IMG/VR virus record: IMGVR_UViG_3300030330_000562
Span: 1-64,000 of that record
Reading direction: 5' to 3' (one strand)
Length of the DNA: 64,000 nt
From: a virus
Lineage: Duplodnaviria > Caudoviricetes
In this document: positions 7,735 to 18,558 of the stretch, piece after piece
Layout of the letters: every line of letters begins with the position of its first letter
Numbering within the stretch: the stretch's first letter is position 1
Position numbers and translations under genes: made by a program
Notes under the pieces: generated by a model
Databases searched by the model: none
Told to the model about the DNA's origin: nothing
The model's input: the letters and a program-made list of their open reading frames with translations, nothing else

Positions 7735-9473
7735 TGCCAGATCTATCTCAAGCTCAACCTGCAGCATTTAACTGTGAGGGTGGCTTAGTTTTAAATCGTT
7801 CTACGTTTCTAATGCAACCTGGTGAGGCATTAGAATTAGAAAACTTTGAGCCTGACATTGAGGGTGGTTATAGAAGAATAAATGGTTTTCGTAAATACGT
7901 AAATCAACAAGTACCTCAAACTTCTGACTCTGGTGAAAAAATATTAATGGTTGCTAACTTTGCAGACAAAGTATTAGCAGCTAGAGGTGAAAAGATATTT
8001 AGTTCTGCATCTACTGAGCTTGCAACTAAGATTGTTTCTAGCACAGGTATGACAGGATCTGGAACTATATCTGTAGATTCTACAACAGGCTTTTCCTCTA
8101 GTGGAACGTTACAGATTAACGATGAGTTGTTTACTTATACTGGTGTTACCTCTACTAGTTTTACAGGTGTAACTCGTGCTGCTACTGGTACAACTGCTGC
8201 TAACCATGCTATTGATGATGTAGTGTCAGAGTCTTGGACTGAAAGAGATACTGGCAGAACAAGTGCAGGTAAATATAGTTTTGAGAGATATAACTTTGAT
8301 GGTAACGAAAAGATTATAGTTGTAGATGGTACGAATGCCCCAACTATATTTAATTCTTCTTTATCGGCAACAGATGTTAGTGAGAGTTCTGTAGCAGGTT
8401 CTACAATAGTAGTAGCTTTTAAAGAACATATGTTTTATGCAGGTAAGTCTAGCACACCACAAACATTAGTATTTAGTGAACCTTTTGATGAGGATGGTTT
8501 TCAATCTGCTGACGGTGCAGGAACTATCAAAGTAGATGATAACATTGTCGGACTAAAAGTATTTAGGGATTCTTTATTTATATTCTGTGAAAATAGAATA
8601 TTTAAAATGACAGGATCTAGTCTTAGTAACTTTGCCATACAACCAGTTACCAGAGATATTGGTTGTGTAAATAGAGATACTATACAGGAATTTGCAGGTG
8701 ATCTGTTATTCCTTGGTCCTGATGGACTCAGAACTGTTGCTGCTACTGCAAGGATTGGTGATACGGCTCTTGGTGCTATTACACAAAACGTGCAATCTAT
8801 ATTTGATGCTAACATTAAAGACTCTACAGTTTTTGACAGTGTAGTTATCCCAGACAAAACACAGTACAGAATATTCTTTTCAAAAGCAGGACAAGGTGAA
8901 AACTTAACTAGAGGAATTGTTTGTGTTAGAAGGGCAGATAAGTTTGAGTTTTCTGAAATACGTGGAATAAAACCTGCAGCTACAGATGCCCTAGTTGTTG
9001 ATGGTGATGTAAGAGTTATACATGGTGATTTCTCAGGATTTGTTCACAGACAAGAAGCAGGTAACACCTTTGATGGTACAGCAATATTAGCAAGATACAG
9101 AAGTCCTGATTTAAGTTTTGGAGACACTGGTGTTAGAAAACACATGCAAAGAGTTATCCTTAACTTTAAACCTGAGTCAGCAATAGATGCAGATTTATTT
9201 GTTCGTTACGACAACGAAGCATCTGACTCTGCAAGACCTGCAGCATATCCCCTAGACAGTTCTCAGGTTGCAGCACAGTTTGGTTCTGCAACTTTTAGTA
9301 CAACTAGTAGTGCTGCACAATTTGTTTTTGGTGGGCCTTCACAGCCACTTGTAAGACAGTCAGTAGAGGGATCAGGTTTTTCTGTAGCATTAAGAATTAA
9401 AGATGGTGGAGAGACAGCACCATATTCCCTAAAAGGGTTTCAATTAGAATATTTAGTAGGAGCAAGACGTTAG
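7734..9473 (+). CDS. Tail nozzle (tail tubular protein B-like)
   Basis: 579 aa; LENFEPDIEGGYRRING, GLKVFRDSLFIF, IGCVNRDTIQE, LLFLGPDGLR; follows adaptor. Confidence 0.75.
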   Translation: MPDLSQAQPAAFNCEGGLVLNRSTFLMQPGEALELENFEPDIEGGYRRINGFRKYVNQQVPQTSDSGEKILMVANFADKVLAARGEKIFSSASTELATKIVSSTGMTGSGTISVDSTTGFSSSGTLQINDELFTYTGVTSTSFTGVTRAATGTTAANHAIDDVVSESWTERDTGRTSAGKYSFERYNFDGNEKIIVVDGTNAPTIFNSSLSATDVSESSVAGSTIVVAFKEHMFYAGKSSTPQTLVFSEPFDEDGFQSADGAGTIKVDDNIVGLKVFRDSLFIFCENRIFKMTGSSLSNFAIQPVTRDIGCVNRDTIQEFAGDLLFLGPDGLRTVAATARIGDTALGAITQNVQSIFDANIKDSTVFDSVVIPDKTQYRIFFSKAGQGENLTRGIVCVRRADKFEFSEIRGIKPAATDALVVDGDVRVIHGDFSGFVHRQEAGNTFDGTAILARYRSPDLSFGDTGVRKHMQRVILNFKPESAIDADLFVRYDNEASDSARPAAYPLDSSQVAAQFGSATFSTTSSAAQFVFGGPSQPLVRQSVEGSGFSVALRIKDGGETAPYSLKGFQLEYLVGARR

Positions 9474-12119
9474 ATGGGTAATACATACACGAGACAATCT
9501 AGTTTTACAGACGGTGATGTTATTACTGCCGATCTGTTTAACAACGAATATGATCAACTTTTAGCTGCCTTTGCAGCAAGCACAGGACACACCCACGATG
9601 GCACTGCTGCAGAAGGTGGTCCTATTACTAAACTGTTAGGCACAGGTATTACCATTGGTGATGGCACAGCAGGTACAGATATTACTGTAACCTTTGATGG
9701 TGAGACTAATGATGGTGAACTTAAATGGATGGAAGATGAGGACTACTTTGAGTTCTCTGATGATATTCTTATAGCATCTGATGAAAAGATACAGTTTCGT
9801 GACACAGCTATATTTATAAACTCCAGTGCTGATGGTCAACTTGATCTTGTTGCAGATACAGAAATACAGATTGCTGCTACTACTGTCGATATAAATGGTA
9901 ACGTAGATGTGTCAGGAACACTTACCGTTGCAGGTGCTGTAGACTTTGGTGATGCTGCTTTATCAAATGTAGGTGCAGTACAGCTAGATAGTATTTCAGG
10001 TGATGCTGACTCTAACACAAGTATAGCTTTCAGTGGCTCTGATGTAATTACAGTTACTGCAGGTGGTGAGACACAGGTAACATTTAATAACGGATCAATA
10101 CTTCCTACAACAGATGACGATGTAGACTTAGGCTCTAGCACCTTTGAGTTTAAGGATGGCTTTTTTGATGGTACTCTTCACGCAGATGCAATAAATTTTA
10201 ACGGTACAGCTATAAGTGCAACTGCTGCTGAACTTAACATTATGGATGGTGTAACTGCCACCACTGCAGAGATAAATACTTTAGATGGTATTACAGCAGT
10301 GGTAGGAGAACTTAACGCTCTTGACTTAGGTTCTACAGGCACAGGTACAGCTATTAACTCCAAAGCAGTTGTGTTAGATGCTAACAAAGATTTTACAGGT
10401 ATAAGAAATCTTACACTTGCAGGTGATCTCACCATCAGTGGTGATGACCTAACTATGGGTACAAATACTGCAGGACATCTTCTTATTGCAGACGGTACAA
10501 ACTTTAACCCTACGGCTGTGGGTGATTTATCTGAGATTAGTACTGTAGCTAATGATGACGTATTTCTTGCTGTAGATACATCTGGTGGTGGTCTTAAAAA
10601 GATCACACGTAGCACTATAGTTTCTGGTCTTGCTGTTGGTGGCGTTGCTTTATCTAATGTGGTAGAAGATACTACACCACAACTAGGTGGTGATCTAGAT
10701 GTAAATGGTAACGGTATTGTTTCTACATCTAATGGTAATATTGCACTAACACCAAATGGTTCAGGTGTTGTTAGAATAGATGGTTCTAACGGTATTGATA
10801 TGCAGTCAGGTGCTATCTCTATTAAAAACTCTGGAGCACAATCATATGTTAGATTTTACTGTGAGGCTTCTAACGCACACTATGCTCAATTGCAAGCTCC
10901 TGCTCACTCAGCATTTAGTGGAAACATAACACTAACATTACCTGCTACCACAGATACTTTAGTAGGTAAAACTACAACAGACACTCTAACAAATAAAACA
11001 CTTACAGATCCTGTGATAACAAATATAACAGGCTCTACAATAACTCTAGACTCTGCAGGAGATATTACTCTTGACGCTGATGGTGCAGACGTTCTGTTAA
11101 AAGATGGTGGCACAACTTATGGTGGACTCACTAACAGCAGTGGAGAACTTGTTATAAAATCAGGCACTACATCTGCTATGACATTCAGTGGTGCTAACGT
11201 AACAATAGAAGGTAACTTAACTGTATCAGGCACAACCACTACAGTAAACTCTACCACTGTAACTCTTAACGATCATAATATTGTTCTTGACAGTAACAAC
11301 AGCACATCTGCTGTAGTCAACGGTGCAGGTATTACAATAGAGGGTGGTAGTGGTGACGATGCTACATTTACCTACAATACTACAGGTCCAAAGTTTGAGT
11401 TAAAGTTAGGTTCTAATCACGAAGACTTACAAGTAGATCAACTTATTGCCGCATCTTTAGATATTAGTGGTGACATTGATGTAGACGGCACAGCTAACTT
11501 AGATGTTGTTGATATTGATGGTGCTGTTGACATGGCATCTACTCTAGCTGTTGGTGGTGTAGTTACAGCCAACGCAGGTGTAGTTGTAGATAATATTACT
11601 ATTGACGGAACAGAAATAGATTTATCATCAGGAGACTTGACAGTAGACGTTGCAGGTGATATAATACTTGATGCAGACGGTGGTGACTTTAAGTTTCAAG
11701 ACGGTGGAACTGAGGTACTTAGAATCACTAACTCTTCTAGTGATGTAATTATCAGACCTGTTGTAGATGCTAAAGATCTTATCTTTCAACAAAGAGATGG
11801 AACAGAGGTAGCTAGGATTGAAGACAATGGTACGTTCAATGTTGTCACAGATAAACTAGCAATAAACGGAACTGCTGTAACTTCTACTGCTGCAGAGTTA
11901 AATATACTTGACGGTGCTACAGCAACTGCATCGGAATTAAATTTACTAGATGGTGATACCTCTGTTGGTAGTTCAATAACGTTAGCAGATGCTGACGGTT
12001 TTATAGTAAATGATAATGGCACAATGAAAACTATTCCTGCATCAGATGTAAAAACGTATGCTGCAGGTAGTGCTGCCACTAAAGGATTTGCCATTGCTAT
12101 GGCAATAGTATTTGGATAG
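9474..12119 (+). CDS. Tail fibre protein
   Basis: 881 aa Gly/Thr/Asp-rich; internal repeats NGTA.SATAAELNI.DG and GDI.LDADG; N-terminal GHTHDG motif. Confidence 0.8.
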   Translation: MGNTYTRQSSFTDGDVITADLFNNEYDQLLAAFAASTGHTHDGTAAEGGPITKLLGTGITIGDGTAGTDITVTFDGETNDGELKWMEDEDYFEFSDDILIASDEKIQFRDTAIFINSSADGQLDLVADTEIQIAATTVDINGNVDVSGTLTVAGAVDFGDAALSNVGAVQLDSISGDADSNTSIAFSGSDVITVTAGGETQVTFNNGSILPTTDDDVDLGSSTFEFKDGFFDGTLHADAINFNGTAISATAAELNIMDGVTATTAEINTLDGITAVVGELNALDLGSTGTGTAINSKAVVLDANKDFTGIRNLTLAGDLTISGDDLTMGTNTAGHLLIADGTNFNPTAVGDLSEISTVANDDVFLAVDTSGGGLKKITRSTIVSGLAVGGVALSNVVEDTTPQLGGDLDVNGNGIVSTSNGNIALTPNGSGVVRIDGSNGIDMQSGAISIKNSGAQSYVRFYCEASNAHYAQLQAPAHSAFSGNITLTLPATTDTLVGKTTTDTLTNKTLTDPVITNITGSTITLDSAGDITLDADGADVLLKDGGTTYGGLTNSSGELVIKSGTTSAMTFSGANVTIEGNLTVSGTTTTVNSTTVTLNDHNIVLDSNNSTSAVVNGAGITIEGGSGDDATFTYNTTGPKFELKLGSNHEDLQVDQLIAASLDISGDIDVDGTANLDVVDIDGAVDMASTLAVGGVVTANAGVVVDNITIDGTEIDLSSGDLTVDVAGDIILDADGGDFKFQDGGTEVLRITNSSSDVIIRPVVDAKDLIFQQRDGTEVARIEDNGTFNVVTDKLAINGTAVTSTAAELNILDGATATASELNLLDGDTSVGSSITLADADGFIVNDNGTMKTIPASDVKTYAAGSAATKGFAIAMAIVFG

Positions 12120-12133
12120 AAAGGTAAAAGCAA

Positions 12134-12496
12134 ATGGCAACCCCAAATATAATTAATGTAGCAACTATTACTCCAAAGGTAGCAGTTGGTGCGGTGACAA
12201 CAAGTAGAGCAGACATCGTTGATGTACCTGCAGAAAACTGTGCAAAGATAAACACGTTAATGATATCAAACATAGATGGTACAAATGCTGCTGATATTAC
12301 CGTTGAGGTAAGTGTAGATAACGGATCAAACTATGTTAAGATAGCTAACACAATATCTGTACCTGCTGACGCAACTCTAGTTGTTGTAGGTAAAGACAAC
12401 GGATTTTATTTAGACGAAACAGATCTACTTGCTGTTACAGCTTCTGCTAACAGTGATCTAACATACTTGGTTAGTTACGAACTTCTAGTAGACTAA
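12134..12496 (+). CDS. Tail-associated hypothetical protein
   Basis: 120-aa beta-rich ORF within tail module. Confidence 0.6.
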   Translation: MATPNIINVATITPKVAVGAVTTSRADIVDVPAENCAKINTLMISNIDGTNAADITVEVSVDNGSNYVKIANTISVPADATLVVVGKDNGFYLDETDLLAVTASANSDLTYLVSYELLVD

Positions 12497-12508
12497 AGGT
12501 AATTAATA

Positions 12509-14764
12509 ATGCCCAGATACAACGGTGGTTTTATAGGCCATGATGGTTTGGATGCACCTGATGCACCAACTATTGGTACACCTAGTGCAGGTTCAGCACA
12601 GGCAGATATAGCATTTACTGCAGGTGCTGCAGGAACAACTGCTACAACAGAATTTGTTGCTACAACTAATGATGGTATCGGAGCTACAGGTACTTCATCA
12701 CCTATAACTATTACTGGTTTAACTAACGGTACATCTTACACAGCTAGAGTGTATGCTAAAAATTCTCATGGTACATCTGCTGCTAGTGCAGCTAGTGCTA
12801 GTTTTACCCCTCTTGCAGAAGTTATTAGTAGTTTGTTTAGCACTCATTTATATACTGGAAATAGCTCTACACGAACAATTACCAACGACATTAATCTAAG
12901 TGGTAAAGGTGGTTTAGTTTGGATTAAAGATAGAGATAGTAGCTCTAACTCAAATATACTTTATGACACTGAGCGTGGCGCTTATAAAGGTTTATTTTCA
13001 AATCTTACTAACGCTGAAGATACTAGAAGCACTGGTTTAACTGGATTTACTTCTAGTGGTTTTACATTAGGGTCATTAGGTGCAGAAAACGGTTCTAGCA
13101 ATGATAAAGTTTCTTGGACATGGAGGAAACAGGCTAAATATTTTGATATAGTTACGTATACTGGAAATGGTACTGCAGGTAGAACAATCAGTCATAACTT
13201 AGGTTCTATCCCAGGGATGATTATGATAAAACAATATCAAGCAGGAGAAGCTAGATCTTGGTCTGTTTATCACAGAGGAATGGATTCTTCAGCACCAGAA
13301 GATTATTATATGAGATTAGAAACTACAGGAGCAAGATCAGATGATGTAGGTCAATGGAATGATACTGCTCCTACTTCTTCTGTATTTACTGTAGGCGATA
13401 GCACTTATGTTAATAGTAATGGAGAGTCCTACGTAGCCTACCTATTTGCACATAATAATAATGATGGGGGTTTCGGACCTGACGGTGAAGATATTATCAA
13501 GTGTGGGAGTTTTACTGGTGTAGGTACTGGTGCGGTTAATGTTAATCTTGGTTTTGAGCCTCAGTGGATAATGGTTAAAAATGCTACTAGGTCAGAGGGA
13601 TGGTTTATACAAGATTCAATGAGAGGTATGGCACATGGTGATTGGGAATATCTGTTAGCAAATGAAATTTCCGCAGCAGCAGGTTCTGCTACTAATAGGG
13701 TAGTTCCAACTGCTACTGGTTTTACAATAAATAATAATGGTAGTAGTGCTTTTGGTCAATCTGGAGATACGTGTATCTACGTAGCAATACGTAGACCTGA
13801 TCAAAGTACCCCTACTGCAGGAACTAGTGTGTTTCAAGCGCACACTTATACTGGAGATGGAAGCACAAGAAAGTACAGCTTAAATATAACTCCTGACATG
13901 GTTATAAACCTAAGTAGGAATATTTCTGGTGACTCACCTTCTATCAACGATAGGGTAAGAGGTAGTGGTAAGGAAATGTATACAAGTGGTACTGGGGGTC
14001 AAGCTAGTTATCCAAGTCAAGGTTTGCAGTTAGATCATACTAATGCAATAGAAGTACAAGACTATAGAGACACTAATACTAAAAATTATCTTAATCTTTG
14101 TTGGAAAAGAGCTAAAGGCTATTTTGACATAGTCGCTTACTCAGGCACAGGAAGCAATAGAACTGTAACCCATAACCTTGGTGCTGCACCTGAAATGATG
14201 TGGATAAAACGTTATGATACAACAGGTTCTTGGATGGTATATCATAAAGGTTTAAATGGTGGCACTAATCCAGAGCAATATGTGTTCTATCTACATGATC
14301 CACAAGGCCCTGATCAATCATCTGGACCTTGGAATAATACAGCACCGACAAGTAGTGTGTTTAGTGTGGGTACTAACAACGCTGTTAATAACTCAAGCGG
14401 AGAATACGTAGCCTACCTTTTTGCAACAGTAGCAGGTGTGTCTAAGGTAGGAAGCTATACATCAACGATAGATGCCACTGGCAATGGTACAAATCAAACT
14501 ATTGATTGTGGATTTACCAATGGTGCTAGATTTGTGTTTATTAAACGCTCAGATGGTGCAGGAGACTGGGTAATTTTTGATTCAACAAGAGGGATAACAA
14601 CTAACAGCGATCCACATTATAGATTAAATCAAACATATACAGAAGACTCAGATGCTTATGTTGATATAGAACCACATTCGTCAGGCTTTATAGTTAACCC
14701 AGGTTCAGTACATGTAGGGGGTGATACTCAGGGTCAGACATACGTCTTCTACGCAATCGCATAA
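12509..14764 (+). CDS. Tail fibre/receptor-binding protein (N-terminal FN3-like domain, duplicated beta domain)
   Basis: ITITGLTNGTSYTARVYAKN FN3-like motif; two YFDIV.Y.G.G...HNLG..P.M repeats; paralog of 15995-18532. Confidence 0.7.
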   Translation: MPRYNGGFIGHDGLDAPDAPTIGTPSAGSAQADIAFTAGAAGTTATTEFVATTNDGIGATGTSSPITITGLTNGTSYTARVYAKNSHGTSAASAASASFTPLAEVISSLFSTHLYTGNSSTRTITNDINLSGKGGLVWIKDRDSSSNSNILYDTERGAYKGLFSNLTNAEDTRSTGLTGFTSSGFTLGSLGAENGSSNDKVSWTWRKQAKYFDIVTYTGNGTAGRTISHNLGSIPGMIMIKQYQAGEARSWSVYHRGMDSSAPEDYYMRLETTGARSDDVGQWNDTAPTSSVFTVGDSTYVNSNGESYVAYLFAHNNNDGGFGPDGEDIIKCGSFTGVGTGAVNVNLGFEPQWIMVKNATRSEGWFIQDSMRGMAHGDWEYLLANEISAAAGSATNRVVPTATGFTINNNGSSAFGQSGDTCIYVAIRRPDQSTPTAGTSVFQAHTYTGDGSTRKYSLNITPDMVINLSRNISGDSPSINDRVRGSGKEMYTSGTGGQASYPSQGLQLDHTNAIEVQDYRDTNTKNYLNLCWKRAKGYFDIVAYSGTGSNRTVTHNLGAAPEMMWIKRYDTTGSWMVYHKGLNGGTNPEQYVFYLHDPQGPDQSSGPWNNTAPTSSVFSVGTNNAVNNSSGEYVAYLFATVAGVSKVGSYTSTIDATGNGTNQTIDCGFTNGARFVFIKRSDGAGDWVIFDSTRGITTNSDPHYRLNQTYTEDSDAYVDIEPHSSGFIVNPGSVHVGGDTQGQTYVFYAIA

Positions 14765-14783
14765 CATAAAGGAATAATAAATA

Positions 14784-15995
14784 ATGTCTAACCGTAATGG
14801 CGTATGGTCACTATCTGCACATCTACAAGCCATAGGAGATACTAACTGGCTTATGCCTCCAGGTGTTCCTACAAGTGTAAGTGCTACAGCAGGAAATGCA
14901 CAAGCAACTGTAACTTTTACTGCACCCACCTTTGCAGGTGTACCAGGAACTATTACAGGATTTAAAGTAACTTCTAGTGAAGGAGAAACAGCAACTGGTT
15001 CATCATCACCTATAACTGTCACTGGTCTTACAAACGGAACAGCATATACTTTTACTGTACAAGCACAAAACTCTACTGGTTTTGGTGGTTCTAGTTCTGC
15101 AAGTAGTTCAATATCACCTGCTCTTGGAAGAGGTATTTTTGGTGCAGGTTCTACAGGATCTAGGGTAAATACTATAGACTACGTAAGTATTGCAAGCACA
15201 GGTAATGCTACAGACTTTGGTGATCTTACTGTAGCAAGACAATGTTCCCCCTCTCTTATGTCATCAAGCACAAGATGTATTTTGGGGTCAGGTATAGAAG
15301 TTAGTGTTACTTATGCTACAACGCTTGATTATGTGACAATAGCTAGCACTGGTAATGCTACTGATTTTGGAGATTTAACTGTTGGTAGGTATGGTCAAGC
15401 AGGTTGTTCTAATAGTACAAGAGCCGTCACATTTAATGGAGATCAACAGTCAGGTACAGACAATACAATTGATTATGTAACCATTGCAAGTACAGGTAAT
15501 GCTACAGATTTTGGTGATACGCAAACTACTGTTCGTAATCATGGTGCTTGTGCGTCTCCAACAAGAGGGCTAAGATGTGGAGGAAATGAGAGTGACGTTA
15601 TAGAATACATTACGATTGGTACAACAGGAAACTCTACAGACTTTGGTAATCTTACACAGTCGAGATACTCCCCTGCGTGTGCAGGTTCTAACACAAGAGC
15701 TTGCATGGCAGGGGGAGAACATAGCTCAAAATTTAATATAATAGATTATGTAACAATAGCTTCAACAGGTAACGCTACTGACTTTGGCGATTTAACTGAG
15801 GCGCTTCAGGGTGCAGGTGGAACTAGTAATAGTACTCGTGCAGTTTATGGAGGTGGGGAAACTAGTAGCACTAATAGAAATAATATTGATTACATTACAA
15901 TAGCAAGTACAGGTAATGCACAAGATTTTGGCGATCTGACACAAGGCCGAAGGGCTACGACATGTGGTGGAGATAGTCATGGAGGGATTGCATAG
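14784..15995 (+). CDS. Tail-associated protein: FN3-like domain plus six DY.TIASTGNATDFGDLT repeats
   Basis: ITVTGLTNGTAYTFTVQAQN; six ~40-45-aa repeats. Confidence 0.75.
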   Translation: MSNRNGVWSLSAHLQAIGDTNWLMPPGVPTSVSATAGNAQATVTFTAPTFAGVPGTITGFKVTSSEGETATGSSSPITVTGLTNGTAYTFTVQAQNSTGFGGSSSASSSISPALGRGIFGAGSTGSRVNTIDYVSIASTGNATDFGDLTVARQCSPSLMSSSTRCILGSGIEVSVTYATTLDYVTIASTGNATDFGDLTVGRYGQAGCSNSTRAVTFNGDQQSGTDNTIDYVTIASTGNATDFGDTQTTVRNHGACASPTRGLRCGGNESDVIEYITIGTTGNSTDFGNLTQSRYSPACAGSNTRACMAGGEHSSKFNIIDYVTIASTGNATDFGDLTEALQGAGGTSNSTRAVYGGGETSSTNRNNIDYITIASTGNAQDFGDLTQGRRATTCGGDSHGGIA

Positions 15996-18532
15996 TGTCA
16001 ACTAGAGATTATACAGCTAACGTTATATCTGCTACTCCAGTAGTACCTGATGGTAACTTTAAAGATAGCAAAGCATCAGGTGTGTGGGATATTAATGAAG
16101 CACTAGATCTTATCAAAGGTGGTAACTGGCCTAACGCAGCTAACCTTAACCCTGCTGCTTTTGTTGATGGTTTGTTTCAGACTCATTTGTATACTGGTAC
16201 AGGCTCTTCTGCACAAACGATTACAAACAACATTGATCTAACCAAAGGTGGGCTGGTTTGGGTAAAACATAGGTCTTTATCAGCTAGTCACATTTTAACT
16301 GATAGTGAGCGAGGTGTCCAGTATTTAAGATCAGACACAAATGATGCACAAATAAACCAATCACTGATAACAAATTTTGTATCAACAGGTTTTACTGCAA
16401 ATGGCGACAGTGTAAATTATGCTAATGATAATGGCGAAGATTATGTCTCTTGGACCTTTAGGAAGCAGCCTAAATTTTTTGATATTGTGACGTATACAGG
16501 GAATGGAAGTTCTAGCCAAACGATAAGTCATAGTCTTGGGTCAGTTCCTGGCATGATAATTGTAAAGCGTTATGATGGCACATCAACTGAAGGTTGGGAA
16601 GTGTACCATAGAGGGGTTTCTTTTAATGCAGGAAATCGTTTATTCTTAAACCTTACTAATGCAGTAGCTGTCGGCTCAGGGGCTTTTGCATCTGCACCAA
16701 CTTCAACAGAGTTTTACGTTGGTCCTGACAGTGGCACTAACGCCTCTAGTGGCTCATACATAGCCTACCTATTCGCACACAATGCTGACTCAACAGACTC
16801 TGTGCAAACATCACTACAAGGTAAAACCTTATCAAACTTAGGAAGTGCTTTTGATGGTAGTTATCCAATTACAGAAATAAATGATGGAGTTGCTGAAACA
16901 AATAATGCAAACAGTATAGGATATGTTTCCAATGCTGACATGGACATTTCCGTTGACTATGGTTCAGCCGTTGTTGCAAACGCATATTATATTGCTCCCC
17001 AAGGAGATCAAGGTGGTTCAGTATATAATACACCAACAGCTTTTACTGCATATGGTTCTAATGATGGTTCTTCTTGGACAAGTTTAGCAAGTTTTTCAAG
17101 TATTAGTGGATTTGCGGCAGGTTCTTTTAAAGAGTTCACTTTTAGTAATACAACAGCTTATAGATACTACAGGCTTGAAATTACAGCTTCATCTGCATCA
17201 GGAGTGTCTATAAGTGAATGGGAACTTGGTCTTAAACCTGATGCATCAGAAGTAGGTGACTTTGGTGAGGCTGGAGATTCTAATATTATTAAGTGTGGGG
17301 GTTACACTGGTAATGGTTCTACGGATGGCACAGAAGTAAACCTTGGATTTGAACCGCAATGGTTAATGATAAAGGCTACTTCGGTAGCAAGAGATTGGCA
17401 TATATTCGATGCTATTCGAGGCACTGTTGTTGGTGGTAATGATTCTTTACTACAAGCTAATTTAAGTGATGCTGAGTCATCAGGCACAGAGTTTGTTTCA
17501 TTTACCCCGACAGGTTTTAAGCTTAACTCAACAGATAATAAAGTAAACGGTAACAATCACACCTACATCTTTATGGCAATAAGACGTGGTGGTATGCAAA
17601 CCCCAACTTCAGCGTCTGATGTGTTTGGTGTTAATTACACTTACACATATGATGTTAATGGTGCTACTGGCGGTAGTTCAGCACAACTTATAGGTTATAT
17701 AGGCGAACCTGCTGATCTTAATATGCAAGGTTATAGAAGCGGTAGTAGTTTTAATGCTACTGTTTACGATAGATTGCGAAACAATAAGTATTTTATTACT
17801 AATAGTAATCCAGCAGAAGCATCTGTTTCGGGTAATTTTTGGGATAATATGGCAGGTTTTAGAGAAGTTGCTTCTGCTCAAGATACAACCATGATTAGTT
17901 GGACTTGGAAAAGAGCTAGAGGTTATTTTGACATGGTTGCTTACTCAGGCACAGGAAGTGCAAGAACCGTAAGTCATAACCTTGGTGCAGTGCCTGAGAT
18001 GATTTGGGTTAAAAGAAGAGATTCAGGAGGCTCTTGGGGAGTTTGGCATAAAGATCTTACCTCTGGATACTATTTAAGTATTAACACTAGCGATGCAGAA
18101 GGCTCAAATAGTAATGTTTTTACTACCACTGATCCTACTGCAACACAGTTTTCAGTAGGTAGTCAAGGTTTTACTAACAACTCTGGCGGAACATTCATGG
18201 CCTACCTTTTTGCTACCGTAACAGGTGTATCGAAGGTGGGAAGCTACTCTGGGAATGGTGGCAGTCAGACTATTGATTGTGGTTTTAGTGGCGGTACTGG
18301 TGCTAGGTTTGTTTTAATCAAAAGGACAGATCAAGCGGCTGATTGGAAAGTTTATGATACAGTACGAGGTATTGTTGCAGGTAATGACCCTGAATTAGCT
18401 TTAAACTCAAATGCAGCAGAGGTTACAGGATATGATTATATAGACCCACATTCTTCTGGGTTTATTATACCAGTTGATAATTTTAATACAAATGCATCAG
18501 GTGGCTCATACATCTTCTACGCAATAGCATAG
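15995..18532 (+). CDS. Tail fibre/receptor-binding protein with inserted discoidin (F5/8 type C)-like domain
   Basis: Starts GTG; paralog of 12509-14764; insert with AYGSNDGSSWTSL and AYRYYRLEIT motifs. Confidence 0.7.
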   Translation: MSTRDYTANVISATPVVPDGNFKDSKASGVWDINEALDLIKGGNWPNAANLNPAAFVDGLFQTHLYTGTGSSAQTITNNIDLTKGGLVWVKHRSLSASHILTDSERGVQYLRSDTNDAQINQSLITNFVSTGFTANGDSVNYANDNGEDYVSWTFRKQPKFFDIVTYTGNGSSSQTISHSLGSVPGMIIVKRYDGTSTEGWEVYHRGVSFNAGNRLFLNLTNAVAVGSGAFASAPTSTEFYVGPDSGTNASSGSYIAYLFAHNADSTDSVQTSLQGKTLSNLGSAFDGSYPITEINDGVAETNNANSIGYVSNADMDISVDYGSAVVANAYYIAPQGDQGGSVYNTPTAFTAYGSNDGSSWTSLASFSSISGFAAGSFKEFTFSNTTAYRYYRLEITASSASGVSISEWELGLKPDASEVGDFGEAGDSNIIKCGGYTGNGSTDGTEVNLGFEPQWLMIKATSVARDWHIFDAIRGTVVGGNDSLLQANLSDAESSGTEFVSFTPTGFKLNSTDNKVNGNNHTYIFMAIRRGGMQTPTSASDVFGVNYTYTYDVNGATGGSSAQLIGYIGEPADLNMQGYRSGSSFNATVYDRLRNNKYFITNSNPAEASVSGNFWDNMAGFREVASAQDTTMISWTWKRARGYFDMVAYSGTGSARTVSHNLGAVPEMIWVKRRDSGGSWGVWHKDLTSGYYLSINTSDAEGSNSNVFTTTDPTATQFSVGSQGFTNNSGGTFMAYLFATVTGVSKVGSYSGNGGSQTIDCGFSGGTGARFVLIKRTDQAADWKVYDTVRGIVAGNDPELALNSNAAEVTGYDYIDPHSSGFIIPVDNFNTNASGGSYIFYAIA

Positions 18533-18558
18533 TAAAAAAATAACAACAAAGGATTAAA

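Noticed and set aside
12509-18532. Diversity-generating retroelement acting on the paralogous fibre genes
   Set aside because: No reverse transcriptase in the genome; similarity between paralogs is protein-level, not a near-identical TR/VR pair with adenine-specific changes
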